From: an uncultured virus (IMG/VR IMGVR_UViG_3300042465_005830)
Taxonomy: Duplodnaviria; Heunggongvirae; Uroviricota; Caudoviricetes
Length of the DNA stretch: 64,000 bases
IMG/VR virus record: IMGVR_UViG_3300042465_005830
Location: 1-64,000 of that record
Direction: 5' to 3' (one strand)
Shown here: positions 33,042 to 43,073 of the stretch, in pieces
Layout of the letters: the number at the start of each line of letters is the position of its first letter
How positions within the stretch are numbered: the first letter of the stretch is position 1
The notes under the pieces: generated by a model
Databases searched by the model: none
What the model saw: only the letters and a program-made list of their open reading frames with translations
Told to the model about the DNA's origin: nothing
Translations under genes and position numbers: made by a program

Positions 33042-34394
33042 ATGACATCATTAGCAAAATTATCTTCCTACGGAAAAGGATTCCAGTTAAAAGTATTAGG
33101 AGCATTATTAACAGACAAGAAATTTCTACTTAACACAAGAGATTTGTTAAGGCCAGATTACTTCGATTCAGATGCACATAAATGGATTCTAGAAACTACA
33201 ATTAAGTATTACGACAAATATCATACTACAATTTCATTAGAAGCATTAAAAATCGAATTACAGAAAGTAGAGAATGATATTTTACAAGTAGCAGTTAAAT
33301 CAGAATTGAGAAATTGTTATGAAGCAACTCAAGAAGATTTAGCATACGTTGTAGAGGAATTTACTACCTTTGCCAAAAACCAGGAACTTAAAGCAGCATT
33401 ATTAAACTCAGCAGATCTTTTAAACCAAGGAGACTTTGACGGTATTAGAGGATTGATTGAAAGAGCTATGAGAGCTGGTATGGATAAGAATATGGGTCAT
33501 GAGTATAATAAAGATGTAGAGAGTCGTTATAGAGAAAACTATAGACCAACTATTCCAACACCTTGGCCGATTATGAATGAGACTATTGGAGGAGGATTCG
33601 GACCTGGAGATTTAGTTATTATGTTTGGAAATCCTGGAGGAGGTAAATCTTGGACGATGGTTGCAGCTGCAGCACATGCAGTACTACTAGGTTACAATGT
33701 AAATTACTATACTTTAGAGCTTGGAGAGGATTATGTAGGTAAACGTTTTGACTGTTACTTTACAGGATATGGAATTGAAGAAGTAAATAAACATAGAGGA
33801 GAAGTTGAGAAGATTGTAGGTAAATTGAAAGGAAAACTTATTGTAAAAGAGTATCCACCAAAAGGAGCTTCAATTAACACAATTAAATCTCATATCCAGA
33901 AATGTATCGATATGGATCATAAACCGGATATGATTGTTATTGACTATGTCGATTACCTAAAAGCACCTTCAAAATCTCGTTTCACAGAGAGAAAAGATGA
34001 AATTGATGATGTATTTATTGCAACAAAAGGACTAGCTAAGGAACTACAAATACCTATTCTAACACCATCTCAAGTTAATAGAATGGGTGCTAAGGATTCA
34101 GTTATTGAAGGAGATAAAGCAGCAGGTTCTTACGATAAGATGATGGTTGCCGATGTATGTTTATCTTTATCAAGAATGAAAGAAGATAAGGTTTTAGGCA
34201 CAGGAAGAATTCACGTTATGAAGAACAGATACGGAATGGACGGTATGACTTGGGATGCAAAAGTTGATACAAATAATGGACATATTGAGATATTAGGTCA
34301 CATGTTAATAGACGAATCAGGAGACAAACCAAGAGGAAGTTACAAAGATATTGCTAATAAGTTCTTCGAATTAGAGTCTCAAGTTCCAAGCTAG
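33042..34394 (+). CDS. replicative DNA helicase (DnaB/gp41-like)
   Basis: GNPGGGKS Walker A, VIDYVD, SQVNR, KNRYG. Confidence 0.9.
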   Translation: MTSLAKLSSYGKGFQLKVLGALLTDKKFLLNTRDLLRPDYFDSDAHKWILETTIKYYDKYHTTISLEALKIELQKVENDILQVAVKSELRNCYEATQEDLAYVVEEFTTFAKNQELKAALLNSADLLNQGDFDGIRGLIERAMRAGMDKNMGHEYNKDVESRYRENYRPTIPTPWPIMNETIGGGFGPGDLVIMFGNPGGGKSWTMVAAAAHAVLLGYNVNYYTLELGEDYVGKRFDCYFTGYGIEEVNKHRGEVEKIVGKLKGKLIVKEYPPKGASINTIKSHIQKCIDMDHKPDMIVIDYVDYLKAPSKSRFTERKDEIDDVFIATKGLAKELQIPILTPSQVNRMGAKDSVIEGDKAAGSYDKMMVADVCLSLSRMKEDKVLGTGRIHVMKNRYGMDGMTWDAKVDTNNGHIEILGHMLIDESGDKPRGSYKDIANKFFELESQVPS

Positions 34395-34447
34395 AAGCCT
34401 ATTTATTTCTACAGTCATAATCTATAACCCTTTTAAAAAAAGCGAAT

Positions 34448-35425
34448 ATGAGTCTAAAAGACGAACGCATAGTTTACAAACCATTTGAATACCCACAAGC
34501 ACACGATTACTGGCTTAAAGCGCACCAAGCGCACTGGTTACATACAGAAGTTCCAATGTCACAGGACGTAACAGATTGGAATTCAAACCTTAAACCGCAC
34601 GAAAAAAACCTTATAGGAGGAATCCTAAAAGGGTTTGCTCAAACAGAGACAGTTGTAAATGATTACTGGACATCTTTAGTAACAAAATGGTTTAGAAAAC
34701 CGGAAGTTATTATGATGGCAGTTACGTTTGGAGCTTTCGAAACAATCCATGCCGAAGCATATGCTTTACTAAACGAGCAATTAGGATTAGATAATTTTGC
34801 AGAATTCTTAGAAGATGAATCAACTGCAGCTAAAATTCAATCTTTAATGGATGTTAGAGATGGAAATGCAGGAGAAACAGATTGGCATGAAGCAGCTAGA
34901 TCACTTGCTATATTCTCAGCATTTACTGAAGGAGTAAATCTATTCTCTTCTTTTGCAGTATTGTTATCATTTAAAATGAGAAACAAATTAAAAGGAGTAG
35001 GGCAAATAGTAGAATGGTCTGTAAGAGATGAATCACTTCACTCAGAAGCAGGTTGTTGGTTATTCAGAACCTTAATGGAAGAATATCCAGAATTAAAAAC
35101 AGAAAGACTTATTAACGATATTAGAGAAGCGGCAACGCTTGCTTTAGAATTAGAATTCAATTTTATTGATAAAGTATTTGAAATGGGAGATTTAGAGAAC
35201 TTATCTAAAAACGACCTTAAAAACTTTATTAAACACAGAGTAAACACTAAGATGGGAGATTTAGGATTAAAACCATTAATACCTTCAGATCAAATCGATA
35301 AAGGAGCTTTGAAACAAATGTTATGGTTTGATGCTGTAGTAGCAGGTAAACAGCATACAGATTTCTTTGCATCAAGAGTAACGAATTATGCCAAAGGGCA
35401 TATGGATTGGGACAACGCATTTTAA
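34448..35425 (+). CDS. nrdB: ribonucleotide reductase class I beta subunit
   Basis: ETIHAEAY, EGVNLFSSF, RDESLH, DFFASRVTNY. Confidence 0.93.
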   Translation: MSLKDERIVYKPFEYPQAHDYWLKAHQAHWLHTEVPMSQDVTDWNSNLKPHEKNLIGGILKGFAQTETVVNDYWTSLVTKWFRKPEVIMMAVTFGAFETIHAEAYALLNEQLGLDNFAEFLEDESTAAKIQSLMDVRDGNAGETDWHEAARSLAIFSAFTEGVNLFSSFAVLLSFKMRNKLKGVGQIVEWSVRDESLHSEAGCWLFRTLMEEYPELKTERLINDIREAATLALELEFNFIDKVFEMGDLENLSKNDLKNFIKHRVNTKMGDLGLKPLIPSDQIDKGALKQMLWFDAVVAGKQHTDFFASRVTNYAKGHMDWDNAF

Positions 35426-35434
35426 TTTAATTTT

Positions 35435-37144
35435 ATGGGAGTAGATTACAGTACCTGGAAACCAGGTGTAGATTATCCAGAATGGATGAATGAAGTATCT
35501 TTGGCAACAATTTCAAACGGGTACTTATTACCTGATGAAAATCCAAAGAAAGCATACAGAAGAGTTGCTGATGCAGTAGCTAAAAGATTAGATCGTCCTG
35601 ATCTAGCAAATAAGTTTTTCAAGTATATGTGGAAGGGTTGGTTAAACCTAGCTTCACCAGTACTATCAAACACTGGAACTGACAAAGGATTACCAATCTC
35701 ATGTTTCGGTATAGATACTCCTGATTCAATCAGAGGTATAGGATTAACCAATGCAGAACTGATGAGACTTACCTCTTTAGGAGGAGGAGTAGGAATTGGA
35801 TTAGGAAGAGTTAGAGGAAGAGGAAAAAAGATCGCAAATGGCGATACTGGTAACTCAGAAGGAATTGTGCCTTGGGCTAAGATTTATGATTCAACTATCA
35901 TTGCTACAAATCAAGGATCAGTTCGTAGAGGAGCAGCTTCTGTGAACTTAGATATCAATCACGAAGATATAAAAGAGTTTTTACGTATTAGAAGACCTCA
36001 AGGAGATCCAAACCGTCAGTGTTTAAATTTACACCAATGTGTTTCTATTGATGATAAATTTATGCAGAGATTAGAGCATAGAGATCCAGAAGCAATGGAA
36101 CTATGGGTTGAGATTCTTAAATCAAGAGTTGAGACAGGAGAGCCTTATATTATGTTTAAAGATAATGTTAACAACGCTAACCCTCAGGCATACGTAAAGA
36201 ATAACTTAGATGTTACAATGACTAATATCTGTTCGGAGATTGCATTACATACCGATGAAGAGCATTCATTTGTTTGTTGTTTATCTTCTTTGAACTTAAC
36301 AAGATACGATGAGTGGAAAGATACTGATTTAGTTGAGACAGCAATCTATTTCTTAGATGGAGTACTAGAAGAATTCTTAGTTAAGACAAATGGTAAGGAC
36401 TCTATGATTAGAGCACACCGTTCTGCTAAAAAAGGAAGAGCATTAGGATTAGGAGTTTTAGGATGGCATTCATTCTTACAATCAAAAGGATTACCATTTA
36501 ATTCAATTGCATCTACTTCTTGGACAAACAGAATATTCTCTCAAATTAAAACACAAGCAGAAGCTGCTTCTAGAAAGTTAGCTGAAGAGTATGGGGAACC
36601 AATCTGGTGTAAAGGAACAGGAATGAGAAATACGCATTTAATTGCAATTGCTCCAACAGTTTCCAACTCAACAATCTCAGGAGGAGTATCGGCAGGTATT
36701 GAACCAATTCCAGCTAACGTTTATACTTTCAATTCATCTAAAGGAACTTTCATTAGAAAGAATCCAGTATTAGAAAAGTATTTAGAAGACAAAGGACACA
36801 ATACAGAAGAGGTATGGCAACAGATTTTAAAGGATAGAGGATCAATTGCAAATCTACCTGAAGACATTATGCCGTTTGAAGATAAAGAAGTATTCTTAAC
36901 ATTTGCAGAAATAAACCAACTAGCTTTAGTAGAACAAGCTTCAGTAAGACAGAAGTACGTAGACCAGGCTCAATCATTAAATTTAGCATTCGATCCAAGT
37001 GATAGTCCTAAGTTCATAAACCTTGTTCACCAGACAGCTTGGAAACTTGGATTAAAAACGTTATATTATCTAAGAACTGATTCTGTCATAAACGGAGATA
37101 TCGGAAGTAGAACTTCTGAAGACTGTTTAAGCTGTGATGGATAA
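35435..37144 (+). CDS. nrdA: ribonucleotide reductase class I alpha subunit (no ATP cone)
   Basis: PISCF, TNICSEI, CCLSS, APTVS, KTLYY, C-terminal CLSCDG. Confidence 0.95.
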   Translation: MGVDYSTWKPGVDYPEWMNEVSLATISNGYLLPDENPKKAYRRVADAVAKRLDRPDLANKFFKYMWKGWLNLASPVLSNTGTDKGLPISCFGIDTPDSIRGIGLTNAELMRLTSLGGGVGIGLGRVRGRGKKIANGDTGNSEGIVPWAKIYDSTIIATNQGSVRRGAASVNLDINHEDIKEFLRIRRPQGDPNRQCLNLHQCVSIDDKFMQRLEHRDPEAMELWVEILKSRVETGEPYIMFKDNVNNANPQAYVKNNLDVTMTNICSEIALHTDEEHSFVCCLSSLNLTRYDEWKDTDLVETAIYFLDGVLEEFLVKTNGKDSMIRAHRSAKKGRALGLGVLGWHSFLQSKGLPFNSIASTSWTNRIFSQIKTQAEAASRKLAEEYGEPIWCKGTGMRNTHLIAIAPTVSNSTISGGVSAGIEPIPANVYTFNSSKGTFIRKNPVLEKYLEDKGHNTEEVWQQILKDRGSIANLPEDIMPFEDKEVFLTFAEINQLALVEQASVRQKYVDQAQSLNLAFDPSDSPKFINLVHQTAWKLGLKTLYYLRTDSVINGDIGSRTSEDCLSCDG

Positions 37145-37156
37145 AATTAAAAAAAT

Positions 37157-37612
37157 ATGATACAATTATTTATTTCACTATTCCTAGCAACTGTAATTTT
37201 TCTACTAACTGTAAAACTGAGAGAGTATGTACAAGAGGTAGCACAGTTGAGAAAACAAATTGAAGAAACAGCAGCAGCTCATATAATTGAGAAAGCAAAA
37301 GTAAAGAAAGATTCTACATTTAGATCTTCAGCAGTTAATTGGGGTAAGACAATTGAACACTTTGTACCTTTTATGACAAAGTTCCCTATACCAGCAGAAG
37401 ATGTAGTATTCCTTGGAATGCCAATTGACTATGTAGGGTTTACCAACACAGAAAGTAAAACTAAATGCGAAGTACATTTCATTGAAGTAAAATCAGGAAA
37501 TGCATTTCTAATGGGAAAACAAAAGAATATTAAAAAAGCAATTCAAGAAGGAAGAGTTCACTGGCATGAAATTGCAGTAGATGGAAACCGAGCAGAGATC
37601 ACAGAAGAATAG
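37157..37612 (+). CDS. Holliday-junction-resolvase-like PD-(D/E)xK endonuclease with N-terminal TM segment
   Basis: FLGMPIDYVGF ... FIEVKSG ... QKNIKKAI. Confidence 0.7.
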   Translation: MIQLFISLFLATVIFLLTVKLREYVQEVAQLRKQIEETAAAHIIEKAKVKKDSTFRSSAVNWGKTIEHFVPFMTKFPIPAEDVVFLGMPIDYVGFTNTESKTKCEVHFIEVKSGNAFLMGKQKNIKKAIQEGRVHWHEIAVDGNRAEITEE

Positions 37613-37625
37613 CTATTTATATGAA

Positions 37626-38627
37626 ATGAATATACTAGCCAAAATAGTAAAAATGTTATACCCTCTACTAATACTAGGGGGTATTCTATCTACGTACGGT
37701 CAAACCTTTACGCACTCCGGTTATATCTACGGATCAAACGCTGTAGGAATACCGGGTGTACAAGTACAGTTGTATAGTAGAACAACACCTACTTTGACAG
37801 GATTTACATCTCAACAAAACTATAACGGACATTCCTATTACAGATCAACTGGAAGTGCTTTCTGGACAGATGCAAGACAGGCATGTGCCAATATGGGAGG
37901 TTATTTAGTAACTGTAACATCAGCAGCTGAAAATAACTTTTTATTCAACCTATGGCCTTCAGGATGGATAGGATTAACAGATGAAGCAGTCGAGGGTCAA
38001 TGGAGATGGGTAACAGGAGAACCCTATTCTTATCAATCATGGAATCCAGGTGAACCTAATAACGCAGGTAATGAAGATTATGTTCAATTTGTAGGAGCAG
38101 GTAGATGGAATGATTTACCTAATAATCAAGCACTTCCATATGTGATAGAATTTGATTATGTAGTAACTTTTACTCCTTGGGCTTTAGTAACAACAGCGAC
38201 AACAGATGCTACAGGAAGATATGTATTTTCAACACCAACAAATCCTTCTATAGAATACTACATAACATTTACTCCTCCAACTTTACCTACATTACAAGTA
38301 AGTGATGCACAGATTTCAAATAATGTAACTTTAGGAACACTAGCTTTAAGAAGTAGAGACTTTTTTAGATTTGATGTTAATAATGACGGTAGAGTAACAA
38401 TATCAGATACTTACACAATATTTGCTAGAAGAAATGGATTAATAAACTCGTTTGCAGCATCACCTCCTGATAGTAGGATATTTACATCATCCCAATGGAG
38501 TTCAATTAGTGGAAGTGCATTAAACTTAAAAACAACAATCCCAGGGGTACAATCAGTAACAATAAACAATCCTATATCAGGAGGAGTTTCGAGTTACTAT
38601 ATAACAAGATTAGGATATAGCAACTAA
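37626..38627 (+). CDS. secreted C-type lectin + dockerin-like protein
   Basis: Signal peptide; C-type lectin domain (WTDARQACANMGGYLV, WIGLTD, WNPGEPNN, WNDL); dockerin Ca loop DVNNDGRVTISD. Start moved from 37581 to the ATG at 37626. Confidence 0.8.
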   Translation: MNILAKIVKMLYPLLILGGILSTYGQTFTHSGYIYGSNAVGIPGVQVQLYSRTTPTLTGFTSQQNYNGHSYYRSTGSAFWTDARQACANMGGYLVTVTSAAENNFLFNLWPSGWIGLTDEAVEGQWRWVTGEPYSYQSWNPGEPNNAGNEDYVQFVGAGRWNDLPNNQALPYVIEFDYVVTFTPWALVTTATTDATGRYVFSTPTNPSIEYYITFTPPTLPTLQVSDAQISNNVTLGTLALRSRDFFRFDVNNDGRVTISDTYTIFARRNGLINSFAASPPDSRIFTSSQWSSISGSALNLKTTIPGVQSVTINNPISGGVSSYYITRLGYSN

Positions 38628-38705
38628 AGTTGCGACTATTTATAAAAGGTATGAGAGTGCATAAGCACCAGGTTGTGAAATAAAAATAACTTAAAAACAA
38701 AAGAA

Positions 38706-39797
38706 ATGAAAAAATTACTTTTAGTATTAGGTGTAGTTTTAGTATCATTAACAGGATTTGCACAAACTACCGCACCTGATGCTACTAAGCCTTACTTGAT
38801 ATTTGACGCTAGTTACAACCTAGCACCAATTGGAGCAACACCTACAAACGTTGCAATTTACTATGATAACGCTGGTTCTACAGCTATCAAAGCATTACAG
38901 TACAGATTTTGGTACGACAAAAACGTATTTGCTTCTCCGACAGTAACATACACTGGGACCGAAACAAACAGTTACTTCCAAACATTAGTAAACGCTACTG
39001 AAGGAAATGTAACAGTTACATGGGTTTACACCGGAGCAGATGTTGCTTTCAATATTGCTGACGGAGCAATGTTCAATATAGCTTTACCATTTAAAGCAGG
39101 TTATACTAATGGAGCTGTAACTACTATGTCATTCTCAGGAGCAACAGCTTATCCTGCTTATGGTACCCTAGCAAATGGAACTGATACAACATTAGGATTA
39201 CATAACTACGGAGGTGCGTTCACAGAACCCGTATTTGAATATGCTGCTACATTCTTAAACAGCCCAACTAACCCAGCTTCAGATATACCGGTTGTATTAC
39301 AAAAATCTTCAAACGGAACAACTTGGGTAGATGTAATGACTGTTAATACAGCGGCTTCAACAGGAGTAGCAGAATTCACAACTAACTTAGATCAAAACTA
39401 CTGGCAAATTAGAGTAAAAGTAAATCCAGGTATTACAGCTCCAGCAGCTTTATCTGCAGCAGATGCTGATATGATGGCTCAAATTGCTACAGGATTACAA
39501 ACACCAACTGGAATTCAATTCTATACTGCTAACCCTAACCAAGCAAATGGAATTACAATTTCAGATTCATATACATTATTCTCTAGATTGGCTCAAGGTC
39601 TAACAGCTTACCCAAACAATCCTGATATCTTATTCTTTACAGAAGCTCAATACACTCAAATTGCAGCAGCTACAACAAGTTTATCAGCAACAATTCCAGG
39701 GGTAGCTACGTTCTTATCAGCTAACATCAACAATACAACAGCAGCCAATTACTACCTACTAGTATTAGGAGACGCAAACGGAACAGGACATAACTAA
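38706..39797 (+). CDS. secreted cohesin-like + degenerate dockerin protein
   Basis: Signal peptide; cohesin-like IKALQYRFWYDKNVF..GNVTVTW..DGAMFNI; NPNQANGITISDSY loop; C-terminal LGDANG. Confidence 0.65.
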   Translation: MKKLLLVLGVVLVSLTGFAQTTAPDATKPYLIFDASYNLAPIGATPTNVAIYYDNAGSTAIKALQYRFWYDKNVFASPTVTYTGTETNSYFQTLVNATEGNVTVTWVYTGADVAFNIADGAMFNIALPFKAGYTNGAVTTMSFSGATAYPAYGTLANGTDTTLGLHNYGGAFTEPVFEYAATFLNSPTNPASDIPVVLQKSSNGTTWVDVMTVNTAASTGVAEFTTNLDQNYWQIRVKVNPGITAPAALSAADADMMAQIATGLQTPTGIQFYTANPNQANGITISDSYTLFSRLAQGLTAYPNNPDILFFTEAQYTQIAAATTSLSATIPGVATFLSANINNTTAANYYLLVLGDANGTGHN

Positions 39798-39798
39798 T

Positions 39799-40530
39799 AT
39801 GTTACGCTATATAATCATAGCACTATTATCAATAAATTCACTATATTCTCAGGTACAGTTTCAAGTACCTGGGATTACAGTGTCTCCATCTAATACTATA
39901 GACCTTCCTGTAACAATTCAAACAAATGGAAATGTATTAGGGAGTTTAGAGTTTGCTTTAAATTATGACCAAAGCATCTTACAATTCTCAGAAATAATCT
40001 TATCTGAAAAAGCACAGACCTGGTTAACATATACAATGGATACTGGAAGTGGAAAAGTAAGATGGGGTGGGTATGATAAGACTCATGGACAGCATTCTAT
40101 AACAAATCCAACAGAACTATTCATATTAAAATTCACAGTACTTAGTACTAACTGGGCTCAGACTCCTATAACAGTAGGAAGAAAGACAGCAGGAGATGTA
40201 CAGGGGTGGGATATCGCTGTAACTAATACGGATGGATATATCAACTATAATAGAAATGCAGCACCATTAGATGAAGATGGAATCCATGGAAGAGCATACC
40301 CAGTACCTACAGACGGAATTGTAACAATGGAGATGTCTTTACCGGTAAGTGGGGATTATGAAATCATAATCTTCGATATGGGAGGTAATCTTCTAAATAT
40401 AAGGAAAGAGCGTTTTGCAAAAGGACCTAATACTACTTATGGAGATTTAACTGCTTACCCAAGTGGTAACTATTTATTAAATATAAGAAGTAAGAACTTC
40501 GCAAAAACATTTAAAATAATAAAAAAATAA
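39799..40530 (+). CDS. cohesin-domain protein with T9SS type A C-terminal sorting domain
   Basis: IDLPVTI..LGSLEFALNYDQSILQF..ELFILKF (cohesin); AYPVPT..IFDMGG..DLTAYPSGNYLLNI..KTFKIIKK (sorting domain). Confidence 0.8.
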   Translation: MLRYIIIALLSINSLYSQVQFQVPGITVSPSNTIDLPVTIQTNGNVLGSLEFALNYDQSILQFSEIILSEKAQTWLTYTMDTGSGKVRWGGYDKTHGQHSITNPTELFILKFTVLSTNWAQTPITVGRKTAGDVQGWDIAVTNTDGYINYNRNAAPLDEDGIHGRAYPVPTDGIVTMEMSLPVSGDYEIIIFDMGGNLLNIRKERFAKGPNTTYGDLTAYPSGNYLLNIRSKNFAKTFKIIKK

Positions 40531-40533
40531 GCT

Positions 40534-40857
40534 ATGTCAGAAGAAACAAACAACGACGGTACTTGGTCAGGATTGAAAAAAACAATTATTGGAACATTAA
40601 CTACAGTAATTGGTGGAGGAGGTATTTGGTTATCAACACAACTATTTGGAGGTCACTCTGAAGATAAAGAAGAACCAAAAACTGAAGTAGCAGCTCCAGC
40701 TGCAGCACCTGTTGTTATTAACTTACAAAACAATAACACTAACCAACAAAAACAACAATCAAACAATTCAAACTCTAACAACGTTAAGCAACAAGCAGCA
40801 CCTGTTCAAGCAGCACCTGCTCCAGCTAAACCAAAAACAGAAGAAGAACCTTGGTAA
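40534..40857 (+). CDS. small membrane protein with Q/N-rich low-complexity tail
   Basis: One TM segment, then VVINLQNNNTNQQKQQ. Confidence 0.6.
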   Translation: MSEETNNDGTWSGLKKTIIGTLTTVIGGGGIWLSTQLFGGHSEDKEEPKTEVAAPAAAPVVINLQNNNTNQQKQQSNNSNSNNVKQQAAPVQAAPAPAKPKTEEEPW

Positions 40858-41561
40858 GATTATTCACAATATTATTTCTAGCTTTCAGTATAGTAGGTTG
40901 TGCCCAAAAGGTAGGATCTACTAAAACTGAAGAGTATAAGGCTGATTTCGAAAAGAAACAGTCTCTAGAAGTTGTATCTGATTATACTGATACTATTCAA
41001 ATACCAATTCAAATATTAAAAATTGGTATTAATGAAGAGTTATATGAAATGTATCCTGAATTAAAAGACAAAAGAGTTGGTTTAGGGGTTTCAAATATTG
41101 TATTAGAGTATTTAGAATCAACAAATAGATTTGTATTTACAGAAGAAAGAAATGAGATAAAACAAAACATGATTGCTCAAGATAAAGCATCAGCAAAAGG
41201 AATCTCATCAAATAAAATAGTTGTCAAAGGAAATGTTGTTTTAGCTAGATATTTTGTATACATTGAAGTATATGATTTCTCAGTTGGAGAAGATGAAGAA
41301 ATAGGAGGCAACGGAATAGAAATAAAACAAAAAACAATAATAGGGTTACAGATAAGATTTGTGGATGCACAAACTGGTGAAATAATTACTGGATCAGGTT
41401 CCGGTGAAGCAGTTACAGTGAAGAAAGCAAATCTACTAGACGGACTCGACGATACAAAATTCAATCAATCAACAATCGGAGTATCTACCAAAAAGTCATT
41501 AGAAACTGCTTCTTCAAGAGTAGTAAGTAAAATGATTAAAAAGGGGATATTTCGTAGTTAA
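40851..41561 (+). CDS. CsgG/HfaB-like lipoprotein
   Basis: Lipobox IVGC; LESTNRFVFTE; IGLQIRFVDAQTGEII.GSGSGEA. Confidence 0.7.
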   Translation: MVRLFTILFLAFSIVGCAQKVGSTKTEEYKADFEKKQSLEVVSDYTDTIQIPIQILKIGINEELYEMYPELKDKRVGLGVSNIVLEYLESTNRFVFTEERNEIKQNMIAQDKASAKGISSNKIVVKGNVVLARYFVYIEVYDFSVGEDEEIGGNGIEIKQKTIIGLQIRFVDAQTGEIITGSGSGEAVTVKKANLLDGLDDTKFNQSTIGVSTKKSLETASSRVVSKMIKKGIFRS

Positions 41562-42988
41562 TGAAAAAATGGATATTATTATTTTCACTATTTTCAGTCC
41601 TGACCTCCTGGGGCCAGTACACCTATACCTACAAAGATCCTTGTACCCTAGTATCAAAGAGTATTTACGTACCAGCCGGTGGAGGGGTAATGGTAAACTA
41701 CTTCGATAACCAAAGTACATTTTCCGCAAATGATTTCTCCTCAGGAGTCTTTGATAACTGGATAGCTCAAGTATCTCAACAAAATTCTAACTCACCTTGT
41801 GAATCAGTAACTACAGCAATTGTAAATAGTATAACTAATATAACAGTCGCTAATACATTAACTGTTGTTACAAATGTAATATCAGTAACAAACGTAGCTC
41901 AATCCATAGCAACCATAGGAGGATCTATGGGAAGCTCTATGACAGCTACAGCCGGAGGCGTAACAAATTCTTCACAAAGTGAAGGAGGTAGTACTAACCA
42001 AAACTCAAAAGATGAAAAAAAATCCGATTCAAATACCAATTCAGGAACAAATACAGGAACTGCTGGAACAAGCCCAACAGGTAACCAAAATCAAGGAAGC
42101 CAAACCAATCCTAACCCTTCTGGAGGAACACCTACAGGATCTTCAACAGGAACACCTCAGCAAGGAGGAGACACTACAAATCCAAATCAACCAGCTTCGA
42201 CAGGAAGTCCTACGTCTGAGTCGTCTGTAGAAGGGTCAAGCGGGAGTAGTAACAACTTAGCTAACTCTTTATCGAACTCTGTAGATGGAGGATCAGCTGA
42301 CGGAGGAAGTTCAGGCGGAGGAACATCAGGTGGTGGTAAAAAATCTAACAATGCAGCTAAGAGTGTAGGAAGTTTAATTGCTTCTGGGGATATAGTAGCT
42401 ATTGCAAATACTGATCAAACTCAGAATTTTAGATTTGTAGGAAGTATAACTCACGCCAATACTAGGGGAACTAGAATTAAAGGAGTATTATTTAATTTTA
42501 CTTCAGGTGTTAATAATTTGAACGTTACTTTTTATAAGTCTTGGATTAATAAATCTAAAAAATTAAATACAGTAGGTGCTCAATCTATTATGATGGATTT
42601 TGATAAAAACTTCTTTAGTACAACTACCGTATTAGAATCTTATAAAGTAAATAATAAACTAACAGGAATGTTTGGTGTTAATTTTACAGCGGGTAAAATG
42701 GGAGAAAGATCTCTACTAAACCTATCTGCTGTAGGTGGAGCACATAGTAGTTTTAAACTAAGTGATAGAGTTAGTACTAGCGTACTAGTATTAGGAGTTT
42801 ACTCTCCATTCACTCAGTTCTATGAAGGTAAATGGTGGGATGCAGGTATAATAGTAGTACCATTTAATTCATGGGATTTAAAAATAACTAAGACATTTAA
42901 GTTTAATGTAAGTTTTACAGGAGTATACGAAGCAGGTAAAGAATTTTTAAATTACCAAATATTAACAGGAGGTAAATTAACATTTTAA
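41561..42988 (+). CDS. secreted protein with S/T/G/N linker and probable C-terminal beta-barrel
   Basis: Signal peptide; low-complexity linker; alternating beta strands ending in terminal Phe (GGKLTF). Confidence 0.6.
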   Translation: MKKWILLFSLFSVLTSWGQYTYTYKDPCTLVSKSIYVPAGGGVMVNYFDNQSTFSANDFSSGVFDNWIAQVSQQNSNSPCESVTTAIVNSITNITVANTLTVVTNVISVTNVAQSIATIGGSMGSSMTATAGGVTNSSQSEGGSTNQNSKDEKKSDSNTNSGTNTGTAGTSPTGNQNQGSQTNPNPSGGTPTGSSTGTPQQGGDTTNPNQPASTGSPTSESSVEGSSGSSNNLANSLSNSVDGGSADGGSSGGGTSGGGKKSNNAAKSVGSLIASGDIVAIANTDQTQNFRFVGSITHANTRGTRIKGVLFNFTSGVNNLNVTFYKSWINKSKKLNTVGAQSIMMDFDKNFFSTTTVLESYKVNNKLTGMFGVNFTAGKMGERSLLNLSAVGGAHSSFKLSDRVSTSVLVLGVYSPFTQFYEGKWWDAGIIVVPFNSWDLKITKTFKFNVSFTGVYEAGKEFLNYQILTGGKLTF

Positions 42989-42990
42989 TT

Positions 42991-43059
42991 ATGAAAAAAT
43001 TAAATCAATTATTTGAAAGGTTTTACGATAAGGTATCAAATTTCCTTTTTGGAAGATAA
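42991..43059 (+). CDS. possible 22-aa amphipathic peptide
   Basis: MKKLNQLFERFYDKVSNFLFGR fills the gap between two genes exactly. Confidence 0.35.
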   Translation: MKKLNQLFERFYDKVSNFLFGR

Positions 43060-43073
43060 AACAGTTTAGTATT

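Noticed and set aside
34448..37144. Introns or inteins in nrdA/nrdB
   Set aside because: Both ORFs are continuous and of compact size, with no splicing motifs.
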